64,000 nt of DNA from a virus (lineage: Duplodnaviria; Caudoviricetes), in IMG/VR virus record IMGVR_UViG_3300028591_000074, positions 128,001 to 192,000 of that record, one strand, 5' to 3'. Below, piece after piece: positions 53,525-64,000 of this stretch (position 1 is the stretch's first letter; the number at the start of each line of letters is the position of its first letter). The notes below the pieces were generated by a model that was not told where the DNA came from, searched no databases, and saw nothing but the letters and a program-made list of their open reading frames with translations. The translations under genes and the position numbers were made by a program.

Positions 53525-54667
53525 TTATTTGCTGATTACATATCCATCCTTATCGAACTCGTATTCGATTTTATCAATCTTCATACTACGATTCTTAGGA
53601 TACCAACTGGTTTCTGTCTTGAACCGCTTACCATTAGAAGTTGTAACCCATGAACCCTTCTTGCTATACATCTGCTTACCGGACATATCAAGTGCAAGTC
53701 CATCAATCCATTCACCGTAAGCCCTATGACCATCTGGATAGAAGAAATACTTGAACTTATCTACTTCCTTCCAACCTGTGTACATTATACCATTTGCACC
53801 TAAATAATAGTAATCGCCTTTGTATAGTACCCAAGAGGAAGTTACCATCTCACCGTCCTGATTGTAGTAGTACCACTTACCGTTCTTCTTAACCCATCCG
53901 GTCTGAATCGGATTCTGACCGATGTAACGCTTTGCACCTTCATGTGCACAACTCCATCCTGCCTTATGTTGCATCCAAGTTCTATTAGAACTGTCAGAAG
54001 TAAGCGCCTTACATTCTACTCTATCACCCTTATTCAGAGTACCGATAGATGAATAGTTGTTTCCAGGTCCTTTACGAATCTGTAAGTCATCATACATTAC
54101 ATTGTATGTATCACCTACTTTGTATCCATCAAGTTCCTGCGGTCCGGGTTCTGGACTTTCATCATAAACAGGATATCCATAATCAAGAATATCATTACTA
54201 GACCGATTGTAACTTTTTGCTTTTACACCAGATACTCCGTTGGATACATAACAGTTACCTTCATAGGTGTAAATCATCTTGTCAGTTACTTTGTAAACAA
54301 ATCCAATGTGTCTTGGATATGGTAAATCTCCAAAGTAAACTGCACAACCTACTTTCGGGGTGTTACCTACTCTACCGATTGATTTCAGATATTCTCTTGA
54401 ATATCTTACACCAGCACCCATGGAATTCTTCGGTCTGTTTAGAACTTCTCTTGCTCTATCTACACCTAGGGCTTGTATGAAATTCCAGTCGAAAAACACA
54501 GTACACCAATCGTAGCCGTATTTTCTACCGTTATACCACTGCCAAGAATCCATATGCTCATCAATATCGAGAGCATACTTCGATTTCTTGTCCTTGCAGG
54601 TGTATCCGGTATCAACTTGAGTAGCAAATGATTTTATTACTCTTTCAAGTTCTGTCAATACTGTCAC
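53525..54667 (-). CDS. Endolysin: CHAP + SH3b + choline-binding/CW repeats
   Basis: WCTVF...HIGFV...EGN; IRKGPG.NY SH3b; GWVKKNGKWYYY repeats. Confidence 0.85.
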   Translation of the reverse strand: MTVLTELERVIKSFATQVDTGYTCKDKKSKYALDIDEHMDSWQWYNGRKYGYDWCTVFFDWNFIQALGVDRAREVLNRPKNSMGAGVRYSREYLKSIGRVGNTPKVGCAVYFGDLPYPRHIGFVYKVTDKMIYTYEGNCYVSNGVSGVKAKSYNRSSNDILDYGYPVYDESPEPGPQELDGYKVGDTYNVMYDDLQIRKGPGNNYSSIGTLNKGDRVECKALTSDSSNRTWMQHKAGWSCAHEGAKRYIGQNPIQTGWVKKNGKWYYYNQDGEMVTSSWVLYKGDYYYLGANGIMYTGWKEVDKFKYFFYPDGHRAYGEWIDGLALDMSGKQMYSKKGSWVTTSNGKRFKTETSWYPKNRSMKIDKIEYEFDKDGYVISK

Positions 54668-54703
54668 CTTCCTTTCTATTTAATTATTATATGATAAAGG
54701 GGA

Positions 54704-55246
54704 TTATCCCTCTCTCCATTCAAATACCTTTGTGAATCCTTGTCCTGCCGGAACTACAATAGGTTCTTCGAGAACATGATGGACAAACATAAAGTGGTAA
54801 ATATATTCTGAATCCCCAGGTATTGAATTGTGTACATTTTTGTAGATTCCAAGTTCTCGAATAGTTATCTCCGAATCAGTATTATTATCCCCACCAAATT
54901 CAATAGTTGTTACCATCTGATTACCACTAGAATTGACACGTATTTCTGTAGTATAGTTGTCAAACGAACTTGTAATATCTGCATTTAAATCTGTATCAAG
55001 TGCAGTAGGTGCAGCATCACTTGATCCAACTTTACTGTATAATTTATATCTAAGAGACCTATTTTCTGTTATTCCTTTAAATGCATCATTGTCAATTTGT
55101 GTAGAACTATATCCAACCATAACATCCGAATATGATGGACCTTCTACACTTACACAACCAGGAATTGTTATAGATGAAGTAGATCCGAGCTGAGGTGCAG
55201 TTTTCTCCATATACTGTTTATATGCCCAATAGTTACTTAATATCAT
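54704..55246 (-). CDS. Tail/baseplate protein (putative)
   Basis: VG.....PT..D..L, ITIRELGIY, L.EPIVVPAG motifs. Confidence 0.55.
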   Translation of the reverse strand: MILSNYWAYKQYMEKTAPQLGSTSSITIPGCVSVEGPSYSDVMVGYSSTQIDNDAFKGITENRSLRYKLYSKVGSSDAAPTALDTDLNADITSSFDNYTTEIRVNSSGNQMVTTIEFGGDNNTDSEITIRELGIYKNVHNSIPGDSEYIYHFMFVHHVLEEPIVVPAGQGFTKVFEWREG

Positions 55247-55271
55247 AATTATGTTCCTCCTACTAACTATG

Positions 55272-55625
55272 TTATGCATCATGTACTGATATTGTAGATG
55301 TGCTACGTTCAATTTCTGTGATTGTAACTGCACTTATAGTTGATCCACCACCCTTAGGGAGTGGAACCCATTCACCATTCACCTTGTTATACATTGCTAC
55401 AATCTTGTTATTTATATCATACTGTGTATAGAAATCACCATTATTTCCAAATGGATCGGATGTATCATCAGGTGCATCCATACCACTAAATGTAAATGTA
55501 CCTCGCACGTTTGCGTAAGATGTTTTTCGTGTTCCTAGTTCTTCATTGTCAATTAGTACTACATCGTCTTCAGTTAGTTCATACTCTGCCGGAACGTCTG
55601 GATAGTTACAAATGCGTCTGCCCAC
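55272..55625 (-). CDS. Small tail-associated protein
   Basis: G..AP....GNNGDFY...Y.KV.GEW motif. Confidence 0.5.
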   Translation of the reverse strand: MGRRICNYPDVPAEYELTEDDVVLIDNEELGTRKTSYANVRGTFTFSGMDAPDDTSDPFGNNGDFYTQYDINNKIVAMYNKVNGEWVPLPKGGGSTISAVTITEIERSTSTISVHDA

Positions 55626-57073
55626 TATTCACTGCCTCCTTCGTCATCATTGTTATAATTTGTAGCTCTTACATAAGAATTGTTTTCATCAAGTACAACA
55701 ACATCCTCGTTGTCAAGTATTGCATCTTCCGGTTCGTGAATGTTTGGAATTTCTTCATCCATATGTAAATCACCTACCGCAATTTCACCATTCTGAATAT
55801 GTGGTGTAATTTCGCCATTGATAGAAATATTTTCATCTGTAATTGGATAAGATCCATCATGGTTATATGCAATACCGAATCTCCTGTTATCTGGTTGCAA
55901 TGAAAGTGCATCACCGATAACACGCATGATAGGATTAACTGCCGGACGTGGATTGAGAATATCTTTGGATCGTTCAGAATCAATTGTATACACTTCATCA
56001 CTAACTGATTCTTCACGTGCCTTATCATATCTAAGATTCCAAGGTTTATTTCTCCCACCTGGTAAATCATCCATTTCTACATCTGGAAGAACATAATCAT
56101 CAGGATATTCCATTGTTACATCCTGTGGGTTCCACCCAAGTCCGAAAATGGGTTTCTTCATTGGAATAAGAGATTTCATAATATGTTCATTATTACAAAG
56201 TTGCAGAGAATATAATGTTCTATACCCAGGGTTTATATCATTTGATCTTGCCTGAACTGGATCATCATCTAATCCACCTTCATAATCTGCATTACGATAC
56301 CAAACATCCCTACGTGTATCTGACAAATGTTCTGGATATTTTGGATTACGAACCATAGAATCTTCATGACCATATACTAAGTCACTCGGTTTTAATCTTT
56401 GCATCCTTGCATAATCAGTTCTACTATAGTGTCCAACATGAGTAGAACCGATAGAAAGTCCAACATCATTCCTATTTGTAAGTCTTGCATCAATGGATAA
56501 CTTTGTTCTTGCGTCCATACGTACACCGGAATTTTGGAAACAATACATACCTAGTGGTCGTACATATTCAATACAAGCATCTACAGGAATCTTTTCTGAA
56601 AAATAGACTACATCAATATATCCTTCCGCAGTATGTGGTGTAACAGATACTGTATTTATCGGAAGGGACGTATCTTCCAATCTATCGTATAGTATTTCAT
56701 TCGGTTCTACAGTTTCTCCATTATTATTTACGTATCCTGTACCTGCAACTAAATCAATGTCAAACTGTTTCAAGTTTGCTTCTGCTGCAAGCGTAACACC
56801 ATCTTTGCTTCCACGATTTCGAATCATGGACATGAAATATACAAGTACAAATCGATTAAAGGAAGTGGGAAGTCTATCATCATATTTAAATCCCATAGTA
56901 TCTGCAAGCATCCAAAGAAGATTCGCAGGACACCGAAGCGGATCATACAAATCAAGTCCATTTTCCGTATCATAATGGATTTTCTCAAGACTTGTTGCTA
57001 TCCAGTTTAGAAAAAATCTGAAGTCCTGACTATCTGTATAAATGTCAGGTACAGATATATCTTTAATCTGCAT
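55625..57073 (-). CDS. Baseplate wedge protein (P2 gpI/T4 gp7-like)
   Basis: LYDPLRCPANLLWMLA..MGF...RNRGS. Confidence 0.7.
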   Translation of the reverse strand: MQIKDISVPDIYTDSQDFRFFLNWIATSLEKIHYDTENGLDLYDPLRCPANLLWMLADTMGFKYDDRLPTSFNRFVLVYFMSMIRNRGSKDGVTLAAEANLKQFDIDLVAGTGYVNNNGETVEPNEILYDRLEDTSLPINTVSVTPHTAEGYIDVVYFSEKIPVDACIEYVRPLGMYCFQNSGVRMDARTKLSIDARLTNRNDVGLSIGSTHVGHYSRTDYARMQRLKPSDLVYGHEDSMVRNPKYPEHLSDTRRDVWYRNADYEGGLDDDPVQARSNDINPGYRTLYSLQLCNNEHIMKSLIPMKKPIFGLGWNPQDVTMEYPDDYVLPDVEMDDLPGGRNKPWNLRYDKAREESVSDEVYTIDSERSKDILNPRPAVNPIMRVIGDALSLQPDNRRFGIAYNHDGSYPITDENISINGEITPHIQNGEIAVGDLHMDEEIPNIHEPEDAILDNEDVVVLDENNSYVRATNYNNDDEGGSE

Positions 57074-57076
57074 ATG

Positions 57077-59146
57077 CTATCTCCTTGTACTTACTAAACA
57101 TTCCGGTGCGATTGTAAGATTTGTTGCAGAAGTACCTGGGTCAAGAAACCTCGCGAACGAAATTAAATTGAAGTAGGATGGGTCACAATTACTCCAAACT
57201 ACAACAGGATTGGTTGCGGAACCTGCATCAAAGTAATCAATTCTGGTATCTGAGTTCTGCACAATCTTAACAATTTCCATAGTAGTCGGCTTCTGCCCCA
57301 TACTACGATTTGCAGGTGAAAAATATAATGCTAAGTTTTCTTTTACCTGTGCAATAATTGTTTTTGCTACATCATTTGATACAGGTTTCTTTGTATATAT
57401 CTGACCTGCAACATAGAAATTGAATACTCTAACATCACCGAACTCAAGTTCGACTGACATAGCCTGTAATGGTCGATAATCACGTTTTATCGCTTCAATA
57501 AACTGTGCTGGTGGTTTATACTTAATGAACACCTGTCGATTTGAAAACTTTGCGGTAGATACTTGACTTCTTCCCCACGTAGATGAAGTTGCAAAATCAT
57601 TATGAATTGCAAAACACATTGCTGTGTATGTCTTAAAGTTTGATACGAATTCCTGTGTAGGTACAGTATTTACACTTACCGGAATCTTAATCAAATATCC
57701 AGGATATACTACGCTATCTTCTGTCAGATTGTTATATGCAAGAAGTTCTGCATAGGATACACCGTATATTTCTGCAATCTGCAATAATGTCTGACCTGCT
57801 ACAACTCTATGTGTTGTCTGTGTTGTAAGAAGTTCAGTATTAACTTTTGAAATCCAATCAATATTTTGATCTCCGGCAGGAAAATCATAATTTGTAAGAT
57901 ACATCTTGCGTTTTTCGGTATCTGTTAAGTTGGTATCCTGATAGATAGCAAGATTTGTTTCCATTGCCTTTTGGCAATCAAGCACGATACCACAATCAAC
58001 CCCAGCTTCACGATTTAAGAATCTTGTAAAGTCTGGAAGTGTAATAAGACTATCCCAAGTATTGATGTAATTTCTACTATTCAGATATGCTTCCTTAGCA
58101 GTTTCAGGACTTCTACCTGTTACAGTATAGGTATTTGGAAGTTCTACTGTATTGGAAAGATTTGAAATCGACCATTCGTTTGAAGTTTCATCCGGTAATA
58201 ATGCGGAATCCTTTGCCTGAAGGTAATTTGATAAAACATCCTGACCGACACATCCAATCACACCAGAACAATCAATCCAATAAACCATAAGATAAGAATT
58301 GGCATCATAATTTTCCAACTGATCCAAATAATTACTAATCTGAATCTGTGCATTGGAATATGAATCATAAGTTACTGCGAATCTAGGCTCAGGTGTAATA
58401 AAATCTGATGGGCTTGCTACTTGCACCCACTGAGTTGCTAAGAAGTCATCATCATCTTTTGATGCCTTTGCCTTAATCCAAATAGCAGTAGTATCAATAT
58501 GCTGAGAAGGGATGTTGATGATATAATTATTCTTCTTAATGTAATCAACTGATACAGAGTAGTATCTAAACTCACCTTCAATAGCAACACGTGTAACGCT
58601 TTCACCGCCCTGAAGTGTTACTTCATCTGTATCTACAAACACGTTGATATTATCAGACACTACGGATCTATGACTTCTGGAATTCGTAGAACCATAGGTA
58701 CTTGAAAGTGGAAGGATGTTATAAGTGATAATCCTTGACTGATTTGTAATATCGGTATAGGCATTGAGTGTTGCAAAATTAGCACCATTGAATCCAAAGT
58801 CAAATGTAATTGGATTATCTGTATTATTTGTAAAGGTTACTTCTGTTCTTGCGGCTGTATACCATCCAAGTTCATAACCAATCAAAGAGAACAGACGTTC
58901 GGCATCTTTTCTTTGACGAACCGTAGGTGCAAACATTTCTGTAGCAAGTGAATCAAGGTTTACACCAAGCATATCTGCTACACTTGCTAAAAACTTACCA
59001 AGAACTACACCAGGATCAGCATCTGCTTCCGGTTTCCAAAGTTCAGTCATCTTTGGAACAAGATCCCAAAAATCTTCCATAATGGATGTATAGTCCCTAC
59101 TTGTATATTTCACTATACCCTTTTCAATGTAATCTTCTGAAGCCAT
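57077..59146 (-). CDS. Baseplate wedge protein (gpJ/gp6-like) with inserted LysM
   Basis: YTSRDY..I, DPGVVL, L..LIGY, GRSPET; HRVVAGQTLLQIAEIYGV LysM. Confidence 0.8.
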   Translation of the reverse strand: MASEDYIEKGIVKYTSRDYTSIMEDFWDLVPKMTELWKPEADADPGVVLGKFLASVADMLGVNLDSLATEMFAPTVRQRKDAERLFSLIGYELGWYTAARTEVTFTNNTDNPITFDFGFNGANFATLNAYTDITNQSRIITYNILPLSSTYGSTNSRSHRSVVSDNINVFVDTDEVTLQGGESVTRVAIEGEFRYYSVSVDYIKKNNYIINIPSQHIDTTAIWIKAKASKDDDDFLATQWVQVASPSDFITPEPRFAVTYDSYSNAQIQISNYLDQLENYDANSYLMVYWIDCSGVIGCVGQDVLSNYLQAKDSALLPDETSNEWSISNLSNTVELPNTYTVTGRSPETAKEAYLNSRNYINTWDSLITLPDFTRFLNREAGVDCGIVLDCQKAMETNLAIYQDTNLTDTEKRKMYLTNYDFPAGDQNIDWISKVNTELLTTQTTHRVVAGQTLLQIAEIYGVSYAELLAYNNLTEDSVVYPGYLIKIPVSVNTVPTQEFVSNFKTYTAMCFAIHNDFATSSTWGRSQVSTAKFSNRQVFIKYKPPAQFIEAIKRDYRPLQAMSVELEFGDVRVFNFYVAGQIYTKKPVSNDVAKTIIAQVKENLALYFSPANRSMGQKPTTMEIVKIVQNSDTRIDYFDAGSATNPVVVWSNCDPSYFNLISFARFLDPGTSATNLTIAPECLVSTRR

Positions 59147-59149
59147 CTA

Positions 59150-59587
59150 CTATCCCCTTCCAAATAATTTCTTTTGTTCATCTTGCAAATCGATGGTAAC
59201 ATCTACAGTATCTTTATAGATTGTCTGTAATCCGACTGTCATCTTTAATGTATTCATATCTTCTACAACACTGGAAGTATGATCCATATCTGTAAATAAA
59301 AGTCCATCTGCAAATTTAGTTTGTTCTGCATCTACACAAGGTTCATGTTCGCTTAATTGTGCTTTAATTCGTTCCCGAATAATTGCTTTCGTATTTGGCG
59401 TATTATATTGCCACAAATACTGTTTCAATCCTACACCAAAGGTAGGATTATTATATAATTCTGTAGGTTCAGTAAGAATCAGTAACCTCGTCCTATTGAC
59501 AATTGATTCATTTCCGCGTTTTACAGCAACAGTATTTCTTGCCAAGTCAATCATATTTGGAAAACTTAAACTTGTAGTATTATCCAT
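59150..59587 (-). CDS. gp25-like baseplate protein
   Basis: LILTEPTELYNNPTFGVGL...HEP. Confidence 0.85.
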   Translation of the reverse strand: MDNTTSLSFPNMIDLARNTVAVKRGNESIVNRTRLLILTEPTELYNNPTFGVGLKQYLWQYNTPNTKAIIRERIKAQLSEHEPCVDAEQTKFADGLLFTDMDHTSSVVEDMNTLKMTVGLQTIYKDTVDVTIDLQDEQKKLFGRG

Positions 59588-59889
59588 TAGCCATTACCCC
59601 CATCTGTAATTATAGATGAATATGATCCACCAGTTAATCCTAAAACTAAAAATTTAGAGTTCTTGTCATTCGTAGATATGAGTGCAACTACTTCACCATC
59701 ATTCGGAATATGTGGCAACAGCAATGATGGATAGTATGGAAGATTTTCATCTGTAACATAGTTACGAACCTGTTGCCCCTTATATTCTCTTTGGCTTACA
59801 GGACCATGGATAGATGGGATTCTAACCTGTAACATAAGAGTTCCATCACCAGCATATTTATAAGTTTTTACATATCCATTTACAATCAT
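59587..59889 (-). CDS. Baseplate spike N-terminal OB-fold-like protein
   Basis: LQVRIPSIHG...LP...P..GEVV...VLG. Confidence 0.6.
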   Translation of the reverse strand: MIVNGYVKTYKYAGDGTLMLQVRIPSIHGPVSQREYKGQQVRNYVTDENLPYYPSLLLPHIPNDGEVVALISTNDKNSKFLVLGLTGGSYSSIITDGGNG

Positions 59890-61752
59890 CTAAGATACTC
59901 CTAATTTAGGGAAGAAACTTTCTGGATTTAACGCATACTTATTTCTCCAAGATTGGTAATTATTATCATACCATTGACCATTTAATTCACCACCGCTTAA
60001 TGTTTCCATGTGAAGATGTGGTGCCATTCCGGAAAGTCCAGTTGCACCGACATATCCAATCACCTGACCTGCTGAAACAGATGCTCCAACTGATAAAGTG
60101 GATGCAGATTTCATATGCTGATATAAAGTATAAAAGGTGTTTCCGCTTGAGTCTGCTCCATGATCTATAATGATGTAATATCCACGTGCATTTGTACTTG
60201 ATTTTTTATGTACTTTACCGGCCATACAACATTTAATCGGTGTTCCAGATGGTGCACCTATATCAACGCCACTATGATATTTTGTTGCACCACTTACACC
60301 TACATATCCACGATAACCAAAACCAGATGAATATTTTCCAACTGCAACAGATTCTATCGGCCATACTAAATAGGTTGGATTGGTTGTTGGTGATTTTTGG
60401 ACTGTAATGTTATTTGAATAATCTGCACTTTCGGATGTAGATGTAGTTGAAATCTGATTCCAAAAATATTCTGCATTTTGTTGACGTTTTTGGGATGACA
60501 CATCTACATTCGCAGGTCGTTCGAATACACGCACAAACCGATCAGCCGCTTGTTTAGCACCTGCTAATGTGTTAGGTACAGATTTCAATTCTGATACAAG
60601 ATTAGGATAACTTGTATTCAATTCATGCAAAAGATAATCGATCTGACCGGATAAATTCGTTGCCCAATCTTTTCCAACATAATTTTTCATAGCAGTTCCA
60701 CGGGCATTGTGCCATTGGCATATTCCAAATGAAGTTCCTTTATCACCAACACAATCTGTTCTAAAATCACTTTCCTGCTTTATATTTGCAATAATGCCTA
60801 TCGCACCAGCGGTATTGTACCCATGTTGCTTCAAATAAGTAACTATTGTTCGTGGAATACTTGCAAGTCCATCTACATTATCAACAGAACCACCAACTGA
60901 TGTTGTTCCACCACCAAGTCTATAAATACTGCCAAGTAGCCCAGTATAATTCACTACTGCAAGTTTTACATCAGTTTTCTTGGTAGATGGCTTACCTGTT
61001 GAATCTAGGAATGATACTTCACGGATAGATGCATCTGCTTTTGTGCTTTCTGTAGTATATAACTGTGTAGAATAGACTTGATCTACCATATAGGTAGATT
61101 GTTGTGGTTCTGCACCATCTACTACTGTTCCAGATGTTTTTGTAGTATAGGGTACTACACCACCAGACTTAGACCAATCAGGTCTTGCATAAAATGCTAT
61201 ATTTTCGCTATTCCAACTATAGGATGATCTTCGAATCTTATTACTGTTATTTCCTTCAATTGTATGTACCGTGTATTTTGCAGGTGTTTTTGTTGGATCA
61301 CCATTTTGTACTTTTTCCACAGATTCAACAATACCAACATGACTTCCAGACCAATACCGTTTCTTATTACCATTTCGAAATGCAGATAAAGTCTCACTAC
61401 GAAATGCACTCCACAGGAATACAATTAAATCACCTTTAGTTGGTACAAAACTACTTCCCCACGCAGGACCATCATATCTTGTTCCACCATATGTCTTGAC
61501 TATGCTTTCACAAACACCACCTGCACATGCAATACTGGATTGAAAATCGCTCGGTGTACTTTGCCCACGTACAGGGAATGATTTACCTGCAAGACCGGAA
61601 CTAATACCCATAGCAACCATAGTTGCAGCACACCAATCACTATGGACACCAGTAGTTGGACCAACCCAATCTTCTCTACTTTCACCCATATGAGAACTAA
61701 GTGTATTTATTGCAACATTTGCAGGATGTAATGGATTTGAAATATCATACAT
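59890..61752 (-). CDS. Tail lysin: CHAP + phage tail lysozyme + M23 peptidase
   Basis: WCA...HVGIV...IEGN; GIIANIKQES...GICQW...FERP; HSGVD...YQHM...HLH. Confidence 0.85.
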   Translation of the reverse strand: MYDISNPLHPANVAINTLSSHMGESREDWVGPTTGVHSDWCAATMVAMGISSGLAGKSFPVRGQSTPSDFQSSIACAGGVCESIVKTYGGTRYDGPAWGSSFVPTKGDLIVFLWSAFRSETLSAFRNGNKKRYWSGSHVGIVESVEKVQNGDPTKTPAKYTVHTIEGNNSNKIRRSSYSWNSENIAFYARPDWSKSGGVVPYTTKTSGTVVDGAEPQQSTYMVDQVYSTQLYTTESTKADASIREVSFLDSTGKPSTKKTDVKLAVVNYTGLLGSIYRLGGGTTSVGGSVDNVDGLASIPRTIVTYLKQHGYNTAGAIGIIANIKQESDFRTDCVGDKGTSFGICQWHNARGTAMKNYVGKDWATNLSGQIDYLLHELNTSYPNLVSELKSVPNTLAGAKQAADRFVRVFERPANVDVSSQKRQQNAEYFWNQISTTSTSESADYSNNITVQKSPTTNPTYLVWPIESVAVGKYSSGFGYRGYVGVSGATKYHSGVDIGAPSGTPIKCCMAGKVHKKSSTNARGYYIIIDHGADSSGNTFYTLYQHMKSASTLSVGASVSAGQVIGYVGATGLSGMAPHLHMETLSGGELNGQWYDNNYQSWRNKYALNPESFFPKLGVS

Positions 61753-61758
61753 AATTCA

Positions 61759-63846
61759 TCACTTCTTCCAGTTATCAATTATATTTACAATTCGGTCACA
61801 ACCGGAATATACCTTTGTTTTACGAACACCCAGATTTTCATTTGCGGCTTCAATAAGTTCATTATTCCCAAGGTACATAGCAACATGGTGTGGATAGTGC
61901 ATTACGTCCCCCGGTTGTGCCTGTTCTAAAGTAACAACTTTTCCAAAGGATGTTGTAAGTGTAGTTCTTGCACCGGATAAATTCATACCAAAATGTTTAT
62001 ATACTGCGCAGATAAAGCCGGAACAATCGAAACCATCCCCAGGCTTTGTACCCATAGCACCCCAAACATAAGGTGAACCAATAAACTCTAAGGAATAAGT
62101 CACTAATTGTTCTCTTAAAGTTTTTCCCTTTGTATTCTGTGTAACTACGGATGCATTATTCATTGTCACAAGTTGATTTGTTGCAACAACACCGTCCTCC
62201 GGCTTTGTTCCATCTACATCAAATAAGGATGGATCTAATAAATTATCAAGTACAGATAAATCTTTTACATGGTCAACTAAATACAGATAAAATTCATCTT
62301 GCCATTTATCCCACGATATATTATTTAATGTATTTCTGGAACATATCAATCCCATCCTACCGCTAAATCCTAAATCGGATAATGAAGTATTGTACTGTGT
62401 TAACAATGAATCATTTAATTTCTTGCTATTTCCAAAACTTGATATATCCAACCATGCACCAAACTTAGGTGGATGCCTATATAATTGATATTGAAAATAA
62501 TCGATTTCTGTTTTGGCATCTGCTACAGTTTTTGCTCTGCATACCGTATACAATCCGTATTCTATTTTAGAAGACTCTAATTTTGATAATTGCTTTTCTA
62601 AGTCAGGATTATCGAACTTTTGCGTTCGCTTCCCCTTAGAATCAAATCTATATCCGGCTTCCACGATTGCACTAACAACACCGAGATTAACCAAATGCTT
62701 ATAATTAACTTCTGCACCCCTACCGAACATAGCAACATATGGATCAAAGTTTGTAGGATTCAGATTTAATGATTCTACAAGATTAATCCCACCAGATAGC
62801 CTTGATGCCTGTGCAATAATTGTTCCATACAATTCCTTATTTGTATTTGTATCATACTGTAGCCCATCCGTAGTAACATATGTGGATAGTATGGATGAAT
62901 AGGCATCTATGTATCCAACACCTGTCATAAGATTTTTCTGTATAGACTTATTGAAGGATACAATATCTTTATTTGTTACATTCTTATATCCACCATCACC
63001 AACAGGTGTTATAGAGGTGAAGTAAATTGCACACCCAACGGATATACATACGGCAACAAGTTCGTTTATCTTATTTGCATATTCCTTAGGTTTTATCGTA
63101 GTTGTATCAAGCCAACTACCCATAATACATACTGCGGAATTATTGTCAATAGAATTGGCAAATGGTAATGTAGATGATAACCAAGTGCATGTTGCACCTT
63201 TATGTGTGAACCATAGATTCAAATCTGTGCCAACTACATTATGTAATTTTGTTGTTCGCTCATCACCAACAAATATAATCTTCCTCATATTATTTCTATC
63301 CACACCAAGTTGTGTGTTAACTACGGTAACAATATCGGAAAGATTATTTTCTACCCAAGTTCCTGGATCTTTCTTCTTTGAATTAAACCATTTATGTATT
63401 AGAATATTCTGTTTTGCTACAGATCCACCAGAACCGGACTTTACACCATAGTCCTTATCATCAAGCCACTTTAGTTCTTTTATATTATTCCGAATACAAA
63501 TATCCACTAATAAATCTTGAAGTGCCTTTACAGATGCGTTACTAAGTGGATAGGGTGATTGATCCGTAGATGCAGAAATCTGTATTGCAATAGACCGATT
63601 ATCACCACCAGTACTTGATAGAGACATAGCAGCATTGGATTCATCTACAAATACTGCAATATTTCCCTTTACATCAATACCATAATGGCATGATGATTTA
63701 TTCTTTGGATCTTTATAGATTTTACCCATACTATCCAATGATAATACAGAACATGGACAATGAATGGATATAGCATCTATATCACGTTTTCTTTCTGTAT
63801 AGTTTGGTGAGATAATTGCTTTCTTTGCTAAACTACTATATGCCAT
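61759..63846 (-). CDS. Tail lysin: Amidase_2 + degenerate SGNH + GH25-like + NlpC/P60
   Basis: ISIH..SCHY..H..KKDPG; FVGD..DGL; WLDI TIM-barrel-like region; PYVWG..FDCSG..HVAMY. Confidence 0.8.
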   Translation of the reverse strand: MAYSSLAKKAIISPNYTERKRDIDAISIHCPCSVLSLDSMGKIYKDPKNKSSCHYGIDVKGNIAVFVDESNAAMSLSSTGGDNRSIAIQISASTDQSPYPLSNASVKALQDLLVDICIRNNIKELKWLDDKDYGVKSGSGGSVAKQNILIHKWFNSKKKDPGTWVENNLSDIVTVVNTQLGVDRNNMRKIIFVGDERTTKLHNVVGTDLNLWFTHKGATCTWLSSTLPFANSIDNNSAVCIMGSWLDTTTIKPKEYANKINELVAVCISVGCAIYFTSITPVGDGGYKNVTNKDIVSFNKSIQKNLMTGVGYIDAYSSILSTYVTTDGLQYDTNTNKELYGTIIAQASRLSGGINLVESLNLNPTNFDPYVAMFGRGAEVNYKHLVNLGVVSAIVEAGYRFDSKGKRTQKFDNPDLEKQLSKLESSKIEYGLYTVCRAKTVADAKTEIDYFQYQLYRHPPKFGAWLDISSFGNSKKLNDSLLTQYNTSLSDLGFSGRMGLICSRNTLNNISWDKWQDEFYLYLVDHVKDLSVLDNLLDPSLFDVDGTKPEDGVVATNQLVTMNNASVVTQNTKGKTLREQLVTYSLEFIGSPYVWGAMGTKPGDGFDCSGFICAVYKHFGMNLSGARTTLTTSFGKVVTLEQAQPGDVMHYPHHVAMYLGNNELIEAANENLGVRKTKVYSGCDRIVNIIDNWKK

Positions 63847-64000
63847 AACTATTCACCTGAATTGTCGGTCATTTCTGATAATGTAGACTCATCCACCGGA
63901 GCATCCCAATCAGATATGTAATCTTCTTTATACGCATATTCATACTTTGTCTGCAAGCCACCGTAAATTAAAAGATTTGCATCTGCCTTATACCAAGTTT

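Overview
AT-rich 64-kb segment of a large (probably jumbo-class) contractile-tailed phage of a Firmicute, most likely Clostridia/Lachnospiraceae. Almost all genes are on the minus strand. Left to right: an intact IS607 (tnpA+tnpB); about 14 kb of small accessory ORFs; a cluster of small acidic proteins sharing an MKKYI(K/R)x N-terminus; a decayed endonuclease/LamG chimera; a holin-like gene; a CRISPR-like locus; a Dam-type methyltransferase; sugar/nucleotide transferase-like genes; neck and head genes; a plus-strand early-gene island; a Hef-like endonuclease; a T4 gp23-like capsid and prohead protease; a tyrosine recombinase; tail-fibre genes (one with a DGR-type variable region); an endolysin; baseplate genes; and two multi-domain tail lysins. 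The standout is 22.5-25.3 kb: a Cas12f-like protein with both RuvC catalytic aspartates replaced by Ala (naturally nuclease-dead), followed by three tandem guide modules. These are a fused omegaRNA/sgRNA-like unit and two tracrRNA+array units (9 and 6 repeats of about 36 nt). One spacer seed matches the effector's own promoter next to a TTA PAM. This looks like a phage-encoded, multiplexed, RNA-guided DNA-binding (transcription-control) system. All protein family calls are by eye from motifs; no database searches were run.
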